From Actinomycetes bacterium (GTDB lineage Bacteria > Actinomycetota > Acidimicrobiia > Acidimicrobiales > Bog-793), in NCBI GenBank assembly GCA_021809805.1, contig JAJZKA010000004.1:1-52675 (forward strand): a DNA stretch of 52,675 nucleotides, in the 5' to 3' direction. The first letter of the stretch is position 1, and each line of letters opens with the position of its first letter. Shown here in pieces: positions 19,398 to 27,745 of this stretch. Under the pieces are notes generated by a model. That model had not been told where the DNA came from. It ran no database searches and saw only the letters and a program-made list of their open reading frames with translations. The position numbers and the translations under genes were made by a program.

Positions 19398-19425
19398 ATC
19401 GGTGATAACTACCGTTATCCCCGAT
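19398..19425. other. dif-like 11-6-11 recombination site upstream of the recombinase
   Basis: ATCGGTGATAA-CTACCG-TTATCCCCGAT; arms are inverted repeats (10/11) with the ATAA-N6-TTAT core of dif-type sites. Confidence 0.8.
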
Positions 19426-19438
19426 CTGCGGACTTCGC

Positions 19439-19765
19439 TCAGAGGGAGACGATCCGCCGGGCCCTGCTGGAGATGCGAGCTCGTTCCTCGTCTGTCGTGC
19501 CGCCCCAGACTCCCGTCAGATCACGGTGCTTCATCGCGTATTCGAGGCAGTGTTCTCGCACGCAGCAGCCCGCGCAGTGCTGCTTCGCCGCTGCGGGCCA
19601 CACCGAAGCATCCTCGACCTCGTCCGGCCGCTGGAAGATCTCCGGGTCCATGCCGGCGCAGCTCGCTTTGCCCATCCACGGTTGCCGCCCGCTTCGCAAG
19701 AACGCGACGGCCGACGGCGGCAGACTCTGGAGCTTGGCTTCCGAGTCCTTGGTCGTATTGCTCAC
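19439..19765 (-). CDS. WhiB-family Fe-S transcription regulator
   Basis: WMGKASC...CAGCCVREHC...GVWGG; GTG overlaps the upstream stop. Confidence 0.92.
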   Translation of the reverse strand: MSNTTKDSEAKLQSLPPSAVAFLRSGRQPWMGKASCAGMDPEIFQRPDEVEDASVWPAAAKQHCAGCCVREHCLEYAMKHRDLTGVWGGTTDEERARISSRARRIVSL

Positions 19766-20247
19766 TGTCTCGCCCCCATCTGCGCCGCCGCCTCCAGGGG
19801 GTCGGTTACACCACGAGCGATAAGGGAGCGTGCCGCCTGTGGGGAGAACCCTGCGGCCGACCAGGCCCTGGCGGCGGTGACAGCGGACCCAAGGCCGGCA
19901 GCGAACCAGGGCGCCGCCAGCTCGGGGCTGTACCCGAGGGCGTCCCACTGAGCGGCGATTTCAGGCGTCCGCGCTCCTGCCGAGCGCCAGGCCATTGCCC
20001 GGGGCAATCCGTAGCCGCTCATCGTGAACCGAGACACCTCCGCTGGACTTTCGAAGCCAGCGTCGAGGTATTGCAGAGCAGATGCTGAGGCGAAGCCGGC
20101 TGACCGCCAACGCAGCGCCAAGCTCAACGAATGCGACGGGCGATGGCTCTTCCACACGAGGCGTTCAGCAGGGTCGATGCCGTGCGCTAACCAGCGCTCG
20201 ACCGAATCGAGCTCCTCAACGGCCTCGTTTACCACGTCGGCGAACAT
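19762..20247 (-). CDS. Small helical-repeat protein (W-x-x-x-G-[FY]-S-P-x-x-A repeats)
   Basis: WRSAGFAS, YLDAGFESP, WDALGYSP, WFAAGLGS, WSAAGFSP at about 13-14 aa period. Confidence 0.7.
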   Translation of the reverse strand: MFADVVNEAVEELDSVERWLAHGIDPAERLVWKSHRPSHSLSLALRWRSAGFASASALQYLDAGFESPAEVSRFTMSGYGLPRAMAWRSAGARTPEIAAQWDALGYSPELAAPWFAAGLGSAVTAARAWSAAGFSPQAARSLIARGVTDPLEAAAQMGARQ

Positions 20248-20255
20248 CGACAACT

Positions 20256-20298
20256 AGCCTAGAAGACGAGTGACACGCGCTCGTTACAGTGTCACTCG
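20256..20298 (-). promoter_or_regulatory. Motif promoter: CGAGTGACAC-N12-GTGTCACTCG, -10 TAGGCT
   Basis: Perfect 10-bp IR at 20267-20276 and 20289-20298; N27 to TAGGCT; ATG 20247 8 nt later. Confidence 0.75.
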
Positions 20299-21167
20299 TG
20301 CAAGAAGCGATCGCCGGAGACGCGGACCCGTCGAGCTGGATGTCGGGACGCGGAGCGCCCGCCCTCGCTGACGTTGTCATCACTTGTGAGCATGTTGCCA
20401 AGGCGCTTGACGCGGCTCACCCGGCCCGCGCTGAACGCGACGGTCCGCCAACGCCAGCACGGCTCTCATGCGCTGCGCTCGCGAGTGCTCTGCGCCTCGG
20501 TGTTCAGCAGCTACGTGTTGCCGTGCTCGAGCAAAGCTCGGCGAAAATCCAGCGGATCGTCGGTGTGATGCACCGGCGTCTCGCACGAGCCGACGTCGGA
20601 GATCTAGCTGTCGGGGGATCCACCGCTCGACGGCTGCAGACGGCCATTGCAAAGGCGCTGTGGCGGACGAACCACGTCGTCAACGAAATGCGCGAGGTGG
20701 AGACACGCGACGCGCTTGTGGCCAGCCTGACCGCGGCTCTGCGGCGGATCGACTGGATAGGTCTTGGACCCGCTGAGGTCGAGACATGGATCGCTTCGGC
20801 GGCAACCGGCGTCAACCGACTGTTAGAGCACCCGAGCGATATCTCGCTCGTCCCCGAGCTGCGCGAGCAATTCGCTGAGCTCACGGCGGCCGCCGCGTTG
20901 CTGCTTCCCGGTTGCCGGTGCACAGACGTCGAGCGCGTCCGCGATCTGCTCTCGGGCGCTCTCGTCTGTTGCCCCAGTTGGCCGAGCTCGGAGACGTCGC
21001 GTCTCGTAGCCGAGCGCACCCTCCAGCTACTAGAGCACATCCACGCCGAACTCGCCACGACGGACGCTGAGGCCGACGCCATTCGCGAGGTCGTCGAGCC
21101 CCTACAGGAGTATTGGCTCACTCGCCAGCGAGACAAGAACCGGACGCGCCGGAAGGCGGCCGTCTGA
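20289..21167 (+). CDS. Hypothetical alpha-helical protein (true start probably downstream)
   Basis: Long ORF filling the gap; the annotated GTG lies inside the operator palindrome. Confidence 0.5.
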   Translation: MSLVQEAIAGDADPSSWMSGRGAPALADVVITCEHVAKALDAAHPARAERDGPPTPARLSCAALASALRLGVQQLRVAVLEQSSAKIQRIVGVMHRRLARADVGDLAVGGSTARRLQTAIAKALWRTNHVVNEMREVETRDALVASLTAALRRIDWIGLGPAEVETWIASAATGVNRLLEHPSDISLVPELREQFAELTAAAALLLPGCRCTDVERVRDLLSGALVCCPSWPSSETSRLVAERTLQLLEHIHAELATTDAEADAIREVVEPLQEYWLTRQRDKNRTRRKAAV

Positions 21168-21171
21168 TCCG

Positions 21172-22047
21172 CTAGACGCTGGCACGCACCCGCTCGTAAG
21201 CGGACAGGTGGGCCAAGACCTGAGCGTTCCAGGAGAAGGCGAGCGGGCCAGAGGCCGCCGCCGGGCGGACGATCAGGATCGCGTAGGACCGTCGGACGCC
21301 GTCACGTGCAGTCCCGGCGTAGCCGACCCCAGCCACGCAGTCGGAGCAAGTGGTCCCGGTGTCACGACCAAGGAGCTCGTCGCGGTGCGCCCAGCATCCC
21401 GATGCAGCCGACGACGTGCATGCGAGATTGGACGTCTTTCCTGGACCGCCCCATCCGTCCTGGTACAGCCAGCCGAAGATGGCAGCAACGGGATTCAGCG
21501 AGCCTCCGGCCCATGCGCCGTCGAATGCGTACGTGCCGCCGCTGTCTGTGGCGACTTCGATGGCGCCGTACCTCTTCGCGAAGATCGGGTCGCCGCCCCG
21601 CTCGGCAGCGCTGTTCGCAGCCGGACTCAGCGCCTCCGCCACACCTACGAGAGGCGGGACACCTCGCGCGATCCGCTCAAGGTTCACGAGCACGAACAGC
21701 TGATCGCCGGCGCCGAGCGAGGCAAAGTTCGTCGGCAGCGCTAGCGGCCGAAGGTGCTCAGCGCGCCTTTCGCGATCGATCCCTTGGACGACGAGAGCGG
21801 GGCACCGGGGCGAGTCGTTGTAGACGACGACCGGGCGAGGAAGGCACGGCGACGCGCAGCGGAGGTCAGCGAGACTCGTGGCCCCAGGGGGCAGCGTGCA
21901 CGTCGCAGGGCTGACGAGCAGAGTCGGTGAGGGGATGTTCGCGGGCGGGTTGATAGTTACGTTGCTCGCGGCAACCGAGCTGCTTCCCGCTAGCGCGCTG
22001 ACGGCGAGGGATGCCACTGATATGCCGATCGGCCAACGCCACCTCAT
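21172..22047 (-). CDS. Secreted CAP/SCP-like domain protein
   Basis: Signal peptide; LVNLERIARGVPPL, GWLYQDG...CWAHRDELL resemble a CAP fold. Confidence 0.65.
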   Translation of the reverse strand: MRWRWPIGISVASLAVSALAGSSSVAASNVTINPPANIPSPTLLVSPATCTLPPGATSLADLRCASPCLPRPVVVYNDSPRCPALVVQGIDRERRAEHLRPLALPTNFASLGAGDQLFVLVNLERIARGVPPLVGVAEALSPAANSAAERGGDPIFAKRYGAIEVATDSGGTYAFDGAWAGGSLNPVAAIFGWLYQDGWGGPGKTSNLACTSSAASGCWAHRDELLGRDTGTTCSDCVAGVGYAGTARDGVRRSYAILIVRPAAASGPLAFSWNAQVLAHLSAYERVRASV

Positions 22048-22085
22048 CGGTCCAGTATCCCGGGCGAGCGGGACACTCCGCGGCC

Positions 22086-24452
22086 TCAGGCCGGCTGGGC
22101 GCTCTCCGCTTCCGGAGCCTCCGCCGCTTCTACGGCGACGAGACCGGGAACGGCTGCGATCGCCCGGCGGAGCACCTGGGCAACGGCATCGCGATCAATG
22201 TGTCGGAGGTCCTCTTCGCAGCCGTGCTGAAGCACGCAGCGAGGGCAGCCGAGGCCTTCGCACGGGCAACCGTGGAGCAGGTGGAGAGCCATCTCAAGGA
22301 CGTTTCCGCACGCCTCCAGGATCTGCTCTGCTATCCCCGAGCCACCTTCGTTGGCGTCGATGACCCACATTGAGTCGCCACCGGTCGTCGTCTCAACGTC
22401 TCGCGACCCGCAGCCGACGACGACCGGGGCCACCTTTGCGACCAGGTGCTCGATCACGTGAACGAGCTCCTTGTCGCATCCGGGGAAGCGGATCTCCGTG
22501 CCAATAGTCCGGAACGCATACGTGAGAGGCGACAAACTGACGTTGGAGACGAGGGGCGAATTGCCGGCGGTGCGGTCGCGAGTGGTCAGCCGGTAGCCCA
22601 CGGTCATCACCATCATGGAAACGGCGCTCCTACGCAGCCGAAGCCCGGCTGCAGCGAAGTCGTCGTAGTCGTCACCGGCCTCGAGGTGTTTCACGATCAT
22701 CGGCTCCGTGGACGCGTACTGATCGGGGTGAGAGGAGACCCGCGCAGTCTTCGACTTGAGGTCGAGGCTCGACACCCGGTATTGCCTCCCCTGGAAGCGA
22801 TAGATGGCGCCTGGGTAGACCTCTTTCAAGGCCCGCGAGTATTCCAGGTCTTCGAGGAGCCGAGGCTGGCCGTGCCCGCCTGCGTCAGGTGCCGCAAGTA
22901 CCCGGACCTGCTCTTCGGAGCGTCCGATCACGCGAAAGCTCCGGGCAAACCCTCCGCGTGTCTTCACCTCGGTCGCCAACGCGCGATCGGGGCGGAGTTT
23001 CAGCACCTCATCGCGCGCCGCTTGCTGGGCTACCGGGATGGCCACCGGAGAAAACTGCTGGAGCTCGTCGACAGGGAGTGGGATCTCCTCTGCAGTGCAG
23101 CGGAGGTGCTTCCGGGCGATGCCTGGGTTCTCGAGTGCCACCGTCGCGTGTTCCACCTCGCCCTCGAAGAGCAGCGATGGGCACGCCGCGAGGTAACGGG
23201 ACACCGGATCGTCGCCGAGGACGACCACGATGGTGCCTGAGCGACCAGCTCGCCCGACTCGGCCCGCCTGCTGACGGAGCGAGGAGAGGCTGCCTGGGTA
23301 GCCAGCGATGATGACCGCATCTAGGCCGCCGATGTCGATGCCCACTTCCAACGCGTTTGTGCTGATGACGAATTGCAGCTTGCCGGTGCGCAGGTCGTGC
23401 TCGAGGAGCCGTCGATCCTTCGCGTCATAGCCCGAGCGGTATGCGGCGACTGACTTCCCGAACTCGGAGATCGCCTCGTGCGAGAGATACTCGACCATGT
23501 GTCGGGAGCTCCCGAAGGCGATGCCTTGCGCGCCCACGCTGCGGAGTACGCGAAGCGGTTCGAGGCAGAACTTGGTGAAGCTCGTGGACCCCTGAGTCGC
23601 GTCAAGCACGACGACGTGGCGGACAGGCGACGGAGCGCCGGAGTTAGTCACCGCAACGACTTCTTTGCCGCAGAGGGCTGAGGCGTGCTCCGCGGGATTG
23701 GCGATCGTCGCACTCGCGAACACGAAGAGCGGGTCGGCCCCGTAAAACCTCGCTACGCGTTGAATCCTGCGCAGGACGTAGGCCGCGTGTGCACCTGCGA
23801 TTCCTGAGTGCAAATGCGCCTCATCGACCACAACGACCTGCAACTTCGAGAAAAAGCGCCTCCACTTCTCGTGCCAAGGCAACACGAGATGAAGCATGGC
23901 GACGTTCGACAAGACCACGCGTGAGCGCGCCCTGATGTCTTCGCGTAGCGAGCGGTCTACGTCTCCGTCGTAACAGGCGACTCCGAGATCGAGGCCGAGT
24001 GTCCGCTCAAGGTCGCGAAATGAGGCGAGCTGGTCGTGCTCGAGTGCCTTCATTGGGTAGATGCAAAGCGCCGTCCCGCCTCTGACTCGGCTAATGCGTT
24101 CCAAGACCGCGAGCTGGAACGAGAGCGTCTTACCGGAGGCTGTGGGCGTGGCGAGCACGAACGACTTGCCCTCTGCGGCAAGTGCAAGCGCCTGCGCCTG
24201 GTGAGAGTACGGCCGTTGGCCCGACAACGCCACGAGGGCGTCACAAAGGGGTGAGACGCCCGTGGGTAGCAATGCATGAACCGGCGGGCGACCCGGTAGG
24301 TCGAAATGGGCGATCGCCGCCGGATGTTCGCGGAGCATTGCATACGCCCGGTCTGCAGCATCGCCAGCAACGCCCGCGGTCCCCACCTCCGGCGCATCCT
24401 CGACCTGGAAGAGCCCTGCGAGTGCGTCAGCCGGAGAAGAAGACGCGGTCAC
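22086..24452 (-). CDS. DEAD/DEAH-box SF2 helicase with C-terminal DUF1998 (MrfA/SftH-like)
   Basis: YSHQ, PTASGKT, DEAH, SATIAN, ALEVGIDIGGLD, QQAGRVGR, CPCEGLGCPRC. Leaderless GTG 24452 lies 6 nt after TACCAT. Confidence 0.93.
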   Translation of the reverse strand: MTASSSPADALAGLFQVEDAPEVGTAGVAGDAADRAYAMLREHPAAIAHFDLPGRPPVHALLPTGVSPLCDALVALSGQRPYSHQAQALALAAEGKSFVLATPTASGKTLSFQLAVLERISRVRGGTALCIYPMKALEHDQLASFRDLERTLGLDLGVACYDGDVDRSLREDIRARSRVVLSNVAMLHLVLPWHEKWRRFFSKLQVVVVDEAHLHSGIAGAHAAYVLRRIQRVARFYGADPLFVFASATIANPAEHASALCGKEVVAVTNSGAPSPVRHVVVLDATQGSTSFTKFCLEPLRVLRSVGAQGIAFGSSRHMVEYLSHEAISEFGKSVAAYRSGYDAKDRRLLEHDLRTGKLQFVISTNALEVGIDIGGLDAVIIAGYPGSLSSLRQQAGRVGRAGRSGTIVVVLGDDPVSRYLAACPSLLFEGEVEHATVALENPGIARKHLRCTAEEIPLPVDELQQFSPVAIPVAQQAARDEVLKLRPDRALATEVKTRGGFARSFRVIGRSEEQVRVLAAPDAGGHGQPRLLEDLEYSRALKEVYPGAIYRFQGRQYRVSSLDLKSKTARVSSHPDQYASTEPMIVKHLEAGDDYDDFAAAGLRLRRSAVSMMVMTVGYRLTTRDRTAGNSPLVSNVSLSPLTYAFRTIGTEIRFPGCDKELVHVIEHLVAKVAPVVVGCGSRDVETTTGGDSMWVIDANEGGSGIAEQILEACGNVLEMALHLLHGCPCEGLGCPRCVLQHGCEEDLRHIDRDAVAQVLRRAIAAVPGLVAVEAAEAPEAESAQPA

Positions 24453-24458
24453 GACGGC

Positions 24459-24567
24459 ATGGTACATAGAGACTTTCCCGGAATCACAGTGGTGTCACTC
24501 GCCCAGGGACCACGGCAAATACTGGCGTGGCACCCACCTACGGCGTCGCGAGCCGCGGTGCGACACT
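24459..24567. promoter_or_regulatory. Divergent pair of motif promoters
   Basis: Minus: GAGTGACAC(24500-24492)-N27-TACCAT-N6-GTG. Plus: GCGTGGCAC(24525-24533)-N28-GACACT-N7-ATG 24575. Confidence 0.7.
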
Positions 24568-24574
24568 GCCCCGC

Positions 24575-24829
24575 ATGGTCCACCCGAGCCAGCGGCACGC
24601 AGACAGTGAGCGGGACGTCCACCTCGACGTTGAGGAAGCACGCGGGCTCGTCACGTGCGCACTGGGCGATGGGCGGAACGCTTACCTGCTCGCGGCACTC
24701 TCACCGCGAGAGTCAGCGCTTGTGGCGTTGCTTGCTCAGTTCGTCATTCACGTGGCGCAGCAGTCGCGCCGGCCCGGCACGGAGGAGGAGATATGGGCGA
24801 GGTTCTGTCTCTCGCAAGAGACCCACTAG
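24575..24829 (+). CDS. Small hypothetical protein
   Basis: 84 aa; leaderless-type start behind a motif promoter; overlaps the Prim-Pol start. Confidence 0.5.
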   Translation: MVHPSQRHADSERDVHLDVEEARGLVTCALGDGRNAYLLAALSPRESALVALLAQFVIHVAQQSRRPGTEEEIWARFCLSQETH

Positions 24830-26271
24830 CCCCCCCTGGTCGTCGCTCAGCGCGCAGCCGGCGCGGCGTCGCATCTCCGCTCGCTGCTGCCGCGCATAGC
24901 TATGCGCGGCACGGAATCCCCGTGTTTCCCCTGCGAGGTAAGGACAAGATCCCGCTGTTCCCGCGCTCCGAGGGGGGTCAGGGTTACAAGGACGCGACCA
25001 CCGACACGCGCAAGGTGCTCGAGTGGTGGCGCCGTTACCCAACGGCGAACATCGGGATGCCGACCGGCACCGCGTCGGGCCTCCTTGTGGTCGACATCGA
25101 CCCGCGACACGGTGGCGATGTTTCCCTCGCGTCCTTCCTTGACGAGCATGGCCTGCGGACAGCGTTTGAGCGGACCCGTCAAATCAGCACGCCCACGGGC
25201 GGCCGGCACTACTACTTCGCCATTGACCCCGCCGCTCCCGCTGCATCGACGGCCAGTCGTTTGGGTGATGGTATCGATACCCGAGGCGAGGGCGGTTACG
25301 TGGTGGTGCCGCCCTCCCTGCGCCGGGACGGCGTCTACGAAGTCATCAACGACGTTCGACCCTTCGAGATCCCTGACGTCCTCCTCGACATGCTGCGTCC
25401 CAAGCCGCGCGTCTACGAGGCCCCTGTCGAGATCTCGGATCGCCCCGAGCACGTGGGCACGTGGCTCGGAGACATGGCGAGTCGCGTCGCGACGTGCCCG
25501 CCTGGTGCCCGGAACGAGCGAGCGAACGCGATCTCGTACTACGTCGGCATGCGCGTCGGTTGGGGCTGGCTCGATGAAGCGACGGCCCACTCGGCAATGG
25601 TGAGCGCGGCCATGCAAGCTGGCCTCTCGGCTCGCGAAGCCGACACGGTGGTGAGCCATAGTCTGGCATCTGGAATCTCCCAGGGCGGCGCCGAGCCGCC
25701 GCAGCGCACCGGACGAGGTGGCTACGCGGTTTCGTACGACACCGGCTCGCAGAGACCGCGGACGTCGCGGAGCACGCCACGGAGCCGAACGGCCCCCGAC
25801 GCGCCGCGTGCGGTCAGCGCAGAGGTCGCCGGCGGGACGGACCGAGCGCTGCCACCGGATAACGCTCGCCCGGTCGTGGCGCCACAGCAGCGGCACCCCA
25901 CGCGAGAGAAGGAGGGCCCAGCTATGTCATCGCCGATGCCCTGGGTGGTTTGGGGCACGATCACTGACGAGCCGGTCGCGAGCCGGACGAAGCAGAATGA
26001 CGTGACTGTTCGCTTCTCGCTTCAGGCCGACGACGACAGGCTGCCCGTGATGGAGATCCGCGCCTTCCGCGAGCTCGCCGAGCACGTGAAGGCGTCGCTC
26101 CCCCCTGGGACTCGTGTCCAGGTGCGAGGACGCCCGCAGGCGCGTGCCTACAAGGATCGCTCAGGAGAGGCGCGAGCAACGCTTGGGATCATCGCCGATG
26201 AGATCGCTGCGTCACTTCTCGAGACGCAGGTGGACATCGTTGCTCGTCCGAAGCCCGAGGCGAGTCTGTGA
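24793..26271 (+). CDS. Bifunctional DNA primase/polymerase (Prim-Pol) fused in frame to a C-terminal SSB-like OB fold
   Basis: GIPVFPL, ANIG, VVDID, TPTGGRHYYF, GIDTRGEGGYVVVPPS, PGARNE; RBS GGAGGAGG before ATG 24793. Confidence 0.9.
   Translation: MGEVLSLARDPLAPPGRRSARSRRGVASPLAAAAHSYARHGIPVFPLRGKDKIPLFPRSEGGQGYKDATTDTRKVLEWWRRYPTANIGMPTGTASGLLVVDIDPRHGGDVSLASFLDEHGLRTAFERTRQISTPTGGRHYYFAIDPAAPAASTASRLGDGIDTRGEGGYVVVPPSLRRDGVYEVINDVRPFEIPDVLLDMLRPKPRVYEAPVEISDRPEHVGTWLGDMASRVATCPPGARNERANAISYYVGMRVGWGWLDEATAHSAMVSAAMQAGLSAREADTVVSHSLASGISQGGAEPPQRTGRGGYAVSYDTGSQRPRTSRSTPRSRTAPDAPRAVSAEVAGGTDRALPPDNARPVVAPQQRHPTREKEGPAMSSPMPWVVWGTITDEPVASRTKQNDVTVRFSLQADDDRLPVMEIRAFRELAEHVKASLPPGTRVQVRGRPQARAYKDRSGEARATLGIIADEIAASLLETQVDIVARPKPEASL
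25924..26271 (+). CDS. ssb: SSB-like protein from an internal in-frame start
   Basis: RBS AAGGAGG then ATG 25924; GTITDEP, AFRELAEHVKASLPPGTRVQVRGR, YKDRSGEAR, ADEIAASL. No acidic tail. Confidence 0.7.
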   Translation: MSSPMPWVVWGTITDEPVASRTKQNDVTVRFSLQADDDRLPVMEIRAFRELAEHVKASLPPGTRVQVRGRPQARAYKDRSGEARATLGIIADEIAASLLETQVDIVARPKPEASL

Positions 26272-26279
26272 GGGCGAGC

Positions 26280-26321
26280 GAGTGACACTCGAATGACCTC
26301 CCGTGTCACGCCTGGCAAAAT
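26280..26321 (+). promoter_or_regulatory. Motif promoter GAGTGACAC-N14-GTGTCACGC, extended -10 tggCAAAAT
   Basis: N27 from the left half to CAAAAT (26316-26321). Confidence 0.65.
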
Positions 26322-26369
26322 GACCCCCGAGAGGCACGACACCACATTGAGCTCGGGAGGAACGAGGCG

Positions 26370-26855
26370 ATGGTGATGACTGACGCGGCGGACGCACCGG
26401 AGGACCTGGATCCGGAGGTCGCACTGCATTCGGTCGCTGGCGATTCGGCAGGAGCAGCCGCCACCGGAGAGGCCGAGAGCCCCCCAACAGAGCGGAAGCG
26501 GTCGCGGCGTCGCCAGCAGCCATCGACGGTAGAGACGTACCTTGCATGGCTGTTCGAGTGCGAGTCCGCAGGCTTCGACCTCATTCGCGAGCAACTGGAG
26601 GAGCGCATCGGCAAGCTCCGGGAGGAGCTCAAGGGCACGAACGTCGCTCGTCGCCTCCGGGTCGCGGACGAGCTTGCCGAGCTTGAACGGCGCCGGCGGT
26701 CCTGCGTGACCACGGACGAGCTGAAGGCCCTCGAGCGTGGCTTCGTGGCGGAGGCGGCAACCTACGCGGAGGCTAACGGCCACACGCGCCGCACCTTCGA
26801 GATCAACGGTGTCCCCGCCGCCCTGATTCGTGAGGCAGGCATCACCGGCGGTTAG
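26370..26855 (+). CDS. Conserved-looking coiled-coil protein, possible nucleoid-associated protein
   Basis: VETYLAWL...coiled coil...LERGFVAEAATYAEANG...GVPAALIREAGI. Resembles, from memory, a small conserved Acidimicrobiia protein. Confidence 0.65.
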   Translation: MVMTDAADAPEDLDPEVALHSVAGDSAGAAATGEAESPPTERKRSRRRQQPSTVETYLAWLFECESAGFDLIREQLEERIGKLREELKGTNVARRLRVADELAELERRRRSCVTTDELKALERGFVAEAATYAEANGHTRRTFEINGVPAALIREAGITGG

Positions 26856-27559
26856 CCGGTGGCCGCTCGGATCGGAACAGGCTTGCCGCTCCCCTCAGCG
26901 GATGCTGCGGGGCTGCGCCGGCGCGTGGTGGCGGCGCCGCGCTGCATGGCGAGCAGCTGGGCGGTGAGGCTGTCTAGCAGGAGCGCTTCGCCGGGGCTAA
27001 GTGCAGAGCGGTTCGTGGTGATCTCGGCAGTGATGACCGTATGACGCCCGATATTGATTCGGAACGCCTGGCGGTTCACGGCGTCGTCTAGATCGAGCTC
27101 GAGGAAGCCGACGTAGCGACATAGGGCCGTGAACGTGAAGATCATCCGGTGCCGCTGGGAGCGAGGTTCGGCGCTAGAGAAGGCAGCCAGCAGCTGTGAG
27201 CGTGATGCCACGACGGGGGGCGGCCCGATCTTCTCGAAGACCGGCGCATACACGTCGAGGATGATGGCCTTCAGTAAGGCGGTGCGCTGGGCCGGCGACG
27301 CCTTCCGGAGCCGCTCGAACAGCGGTGTCCAGGTCGAATCCTCGGACAGCAGACCGAGGACGACGAACGCTCGGTGTACCTGGCGCGCGACGTGGACGGT
27401 CATTCCAAGAGCGGTGAAGCCCTCGATCCCGACCGGCTGCTCGAGCAGGGCGTCGAGGGTCTGCGAGATCGAGGAGATCAGGCTCCGACCGGAGGTGTAG
27501 GGGGCATCCCAGGGCTCTTGGCGCTTGGGCACGGGGGTTCCTCTGGCTCTCTGTCGCAT
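26852..27559 (-). CDS. DUF5343-like protein
   Basis: APY start, FVVLGLL..D..WTPLFERL, LKAIILDVYAPVF, TFTALCRYVG pattern. Confidence 0.65.
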   Translation of the reverse strand: MRQRARGTPVPKRQEPWDAPYTSGRSLISSISQTLDALLEQPVGIEGFTALGMTVHVARQVHRAFVVLGLLSEDSTWTPLFERLRKASPAQRTALLKAIILDVYAPVFEKIGPPPVVASRSQLLAAFSSAEPRSQRHRMIFTFTALCRYVGFLELDLDDAVNRQAFRINIGRHTVITAEITTNRSALSPGEALLLDSLTAQLLAMQRGAATTRRRSPAASAEGSGKPVPIRAATG

Positions 27560-27745
27560 GCGAAATGCCGGTTGTCATGCAAAGTGTAGCGGCGGCACGT
27601 CCGACAAGCGAGGTCCGCAGTGTCACCTCGCACGCGGTACCCACGGTGTCACGCTGAGTCACATCTGACAGTCAAGCCGCCCGACTCACGAATCCCCGTG
27701 GCACCCCCTGCCGCATTGAAGAGCTCGGTTTCTAGGGTCCCCTCC

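Noticed and set aside
27620-27654. Two GTGTCAC half-sites upstream of the DUF5343-like gene
   Set aside because: Distance to -10 TACACT is N31 or more, outside the conserved geometry; may still be binding sites but unsupported.
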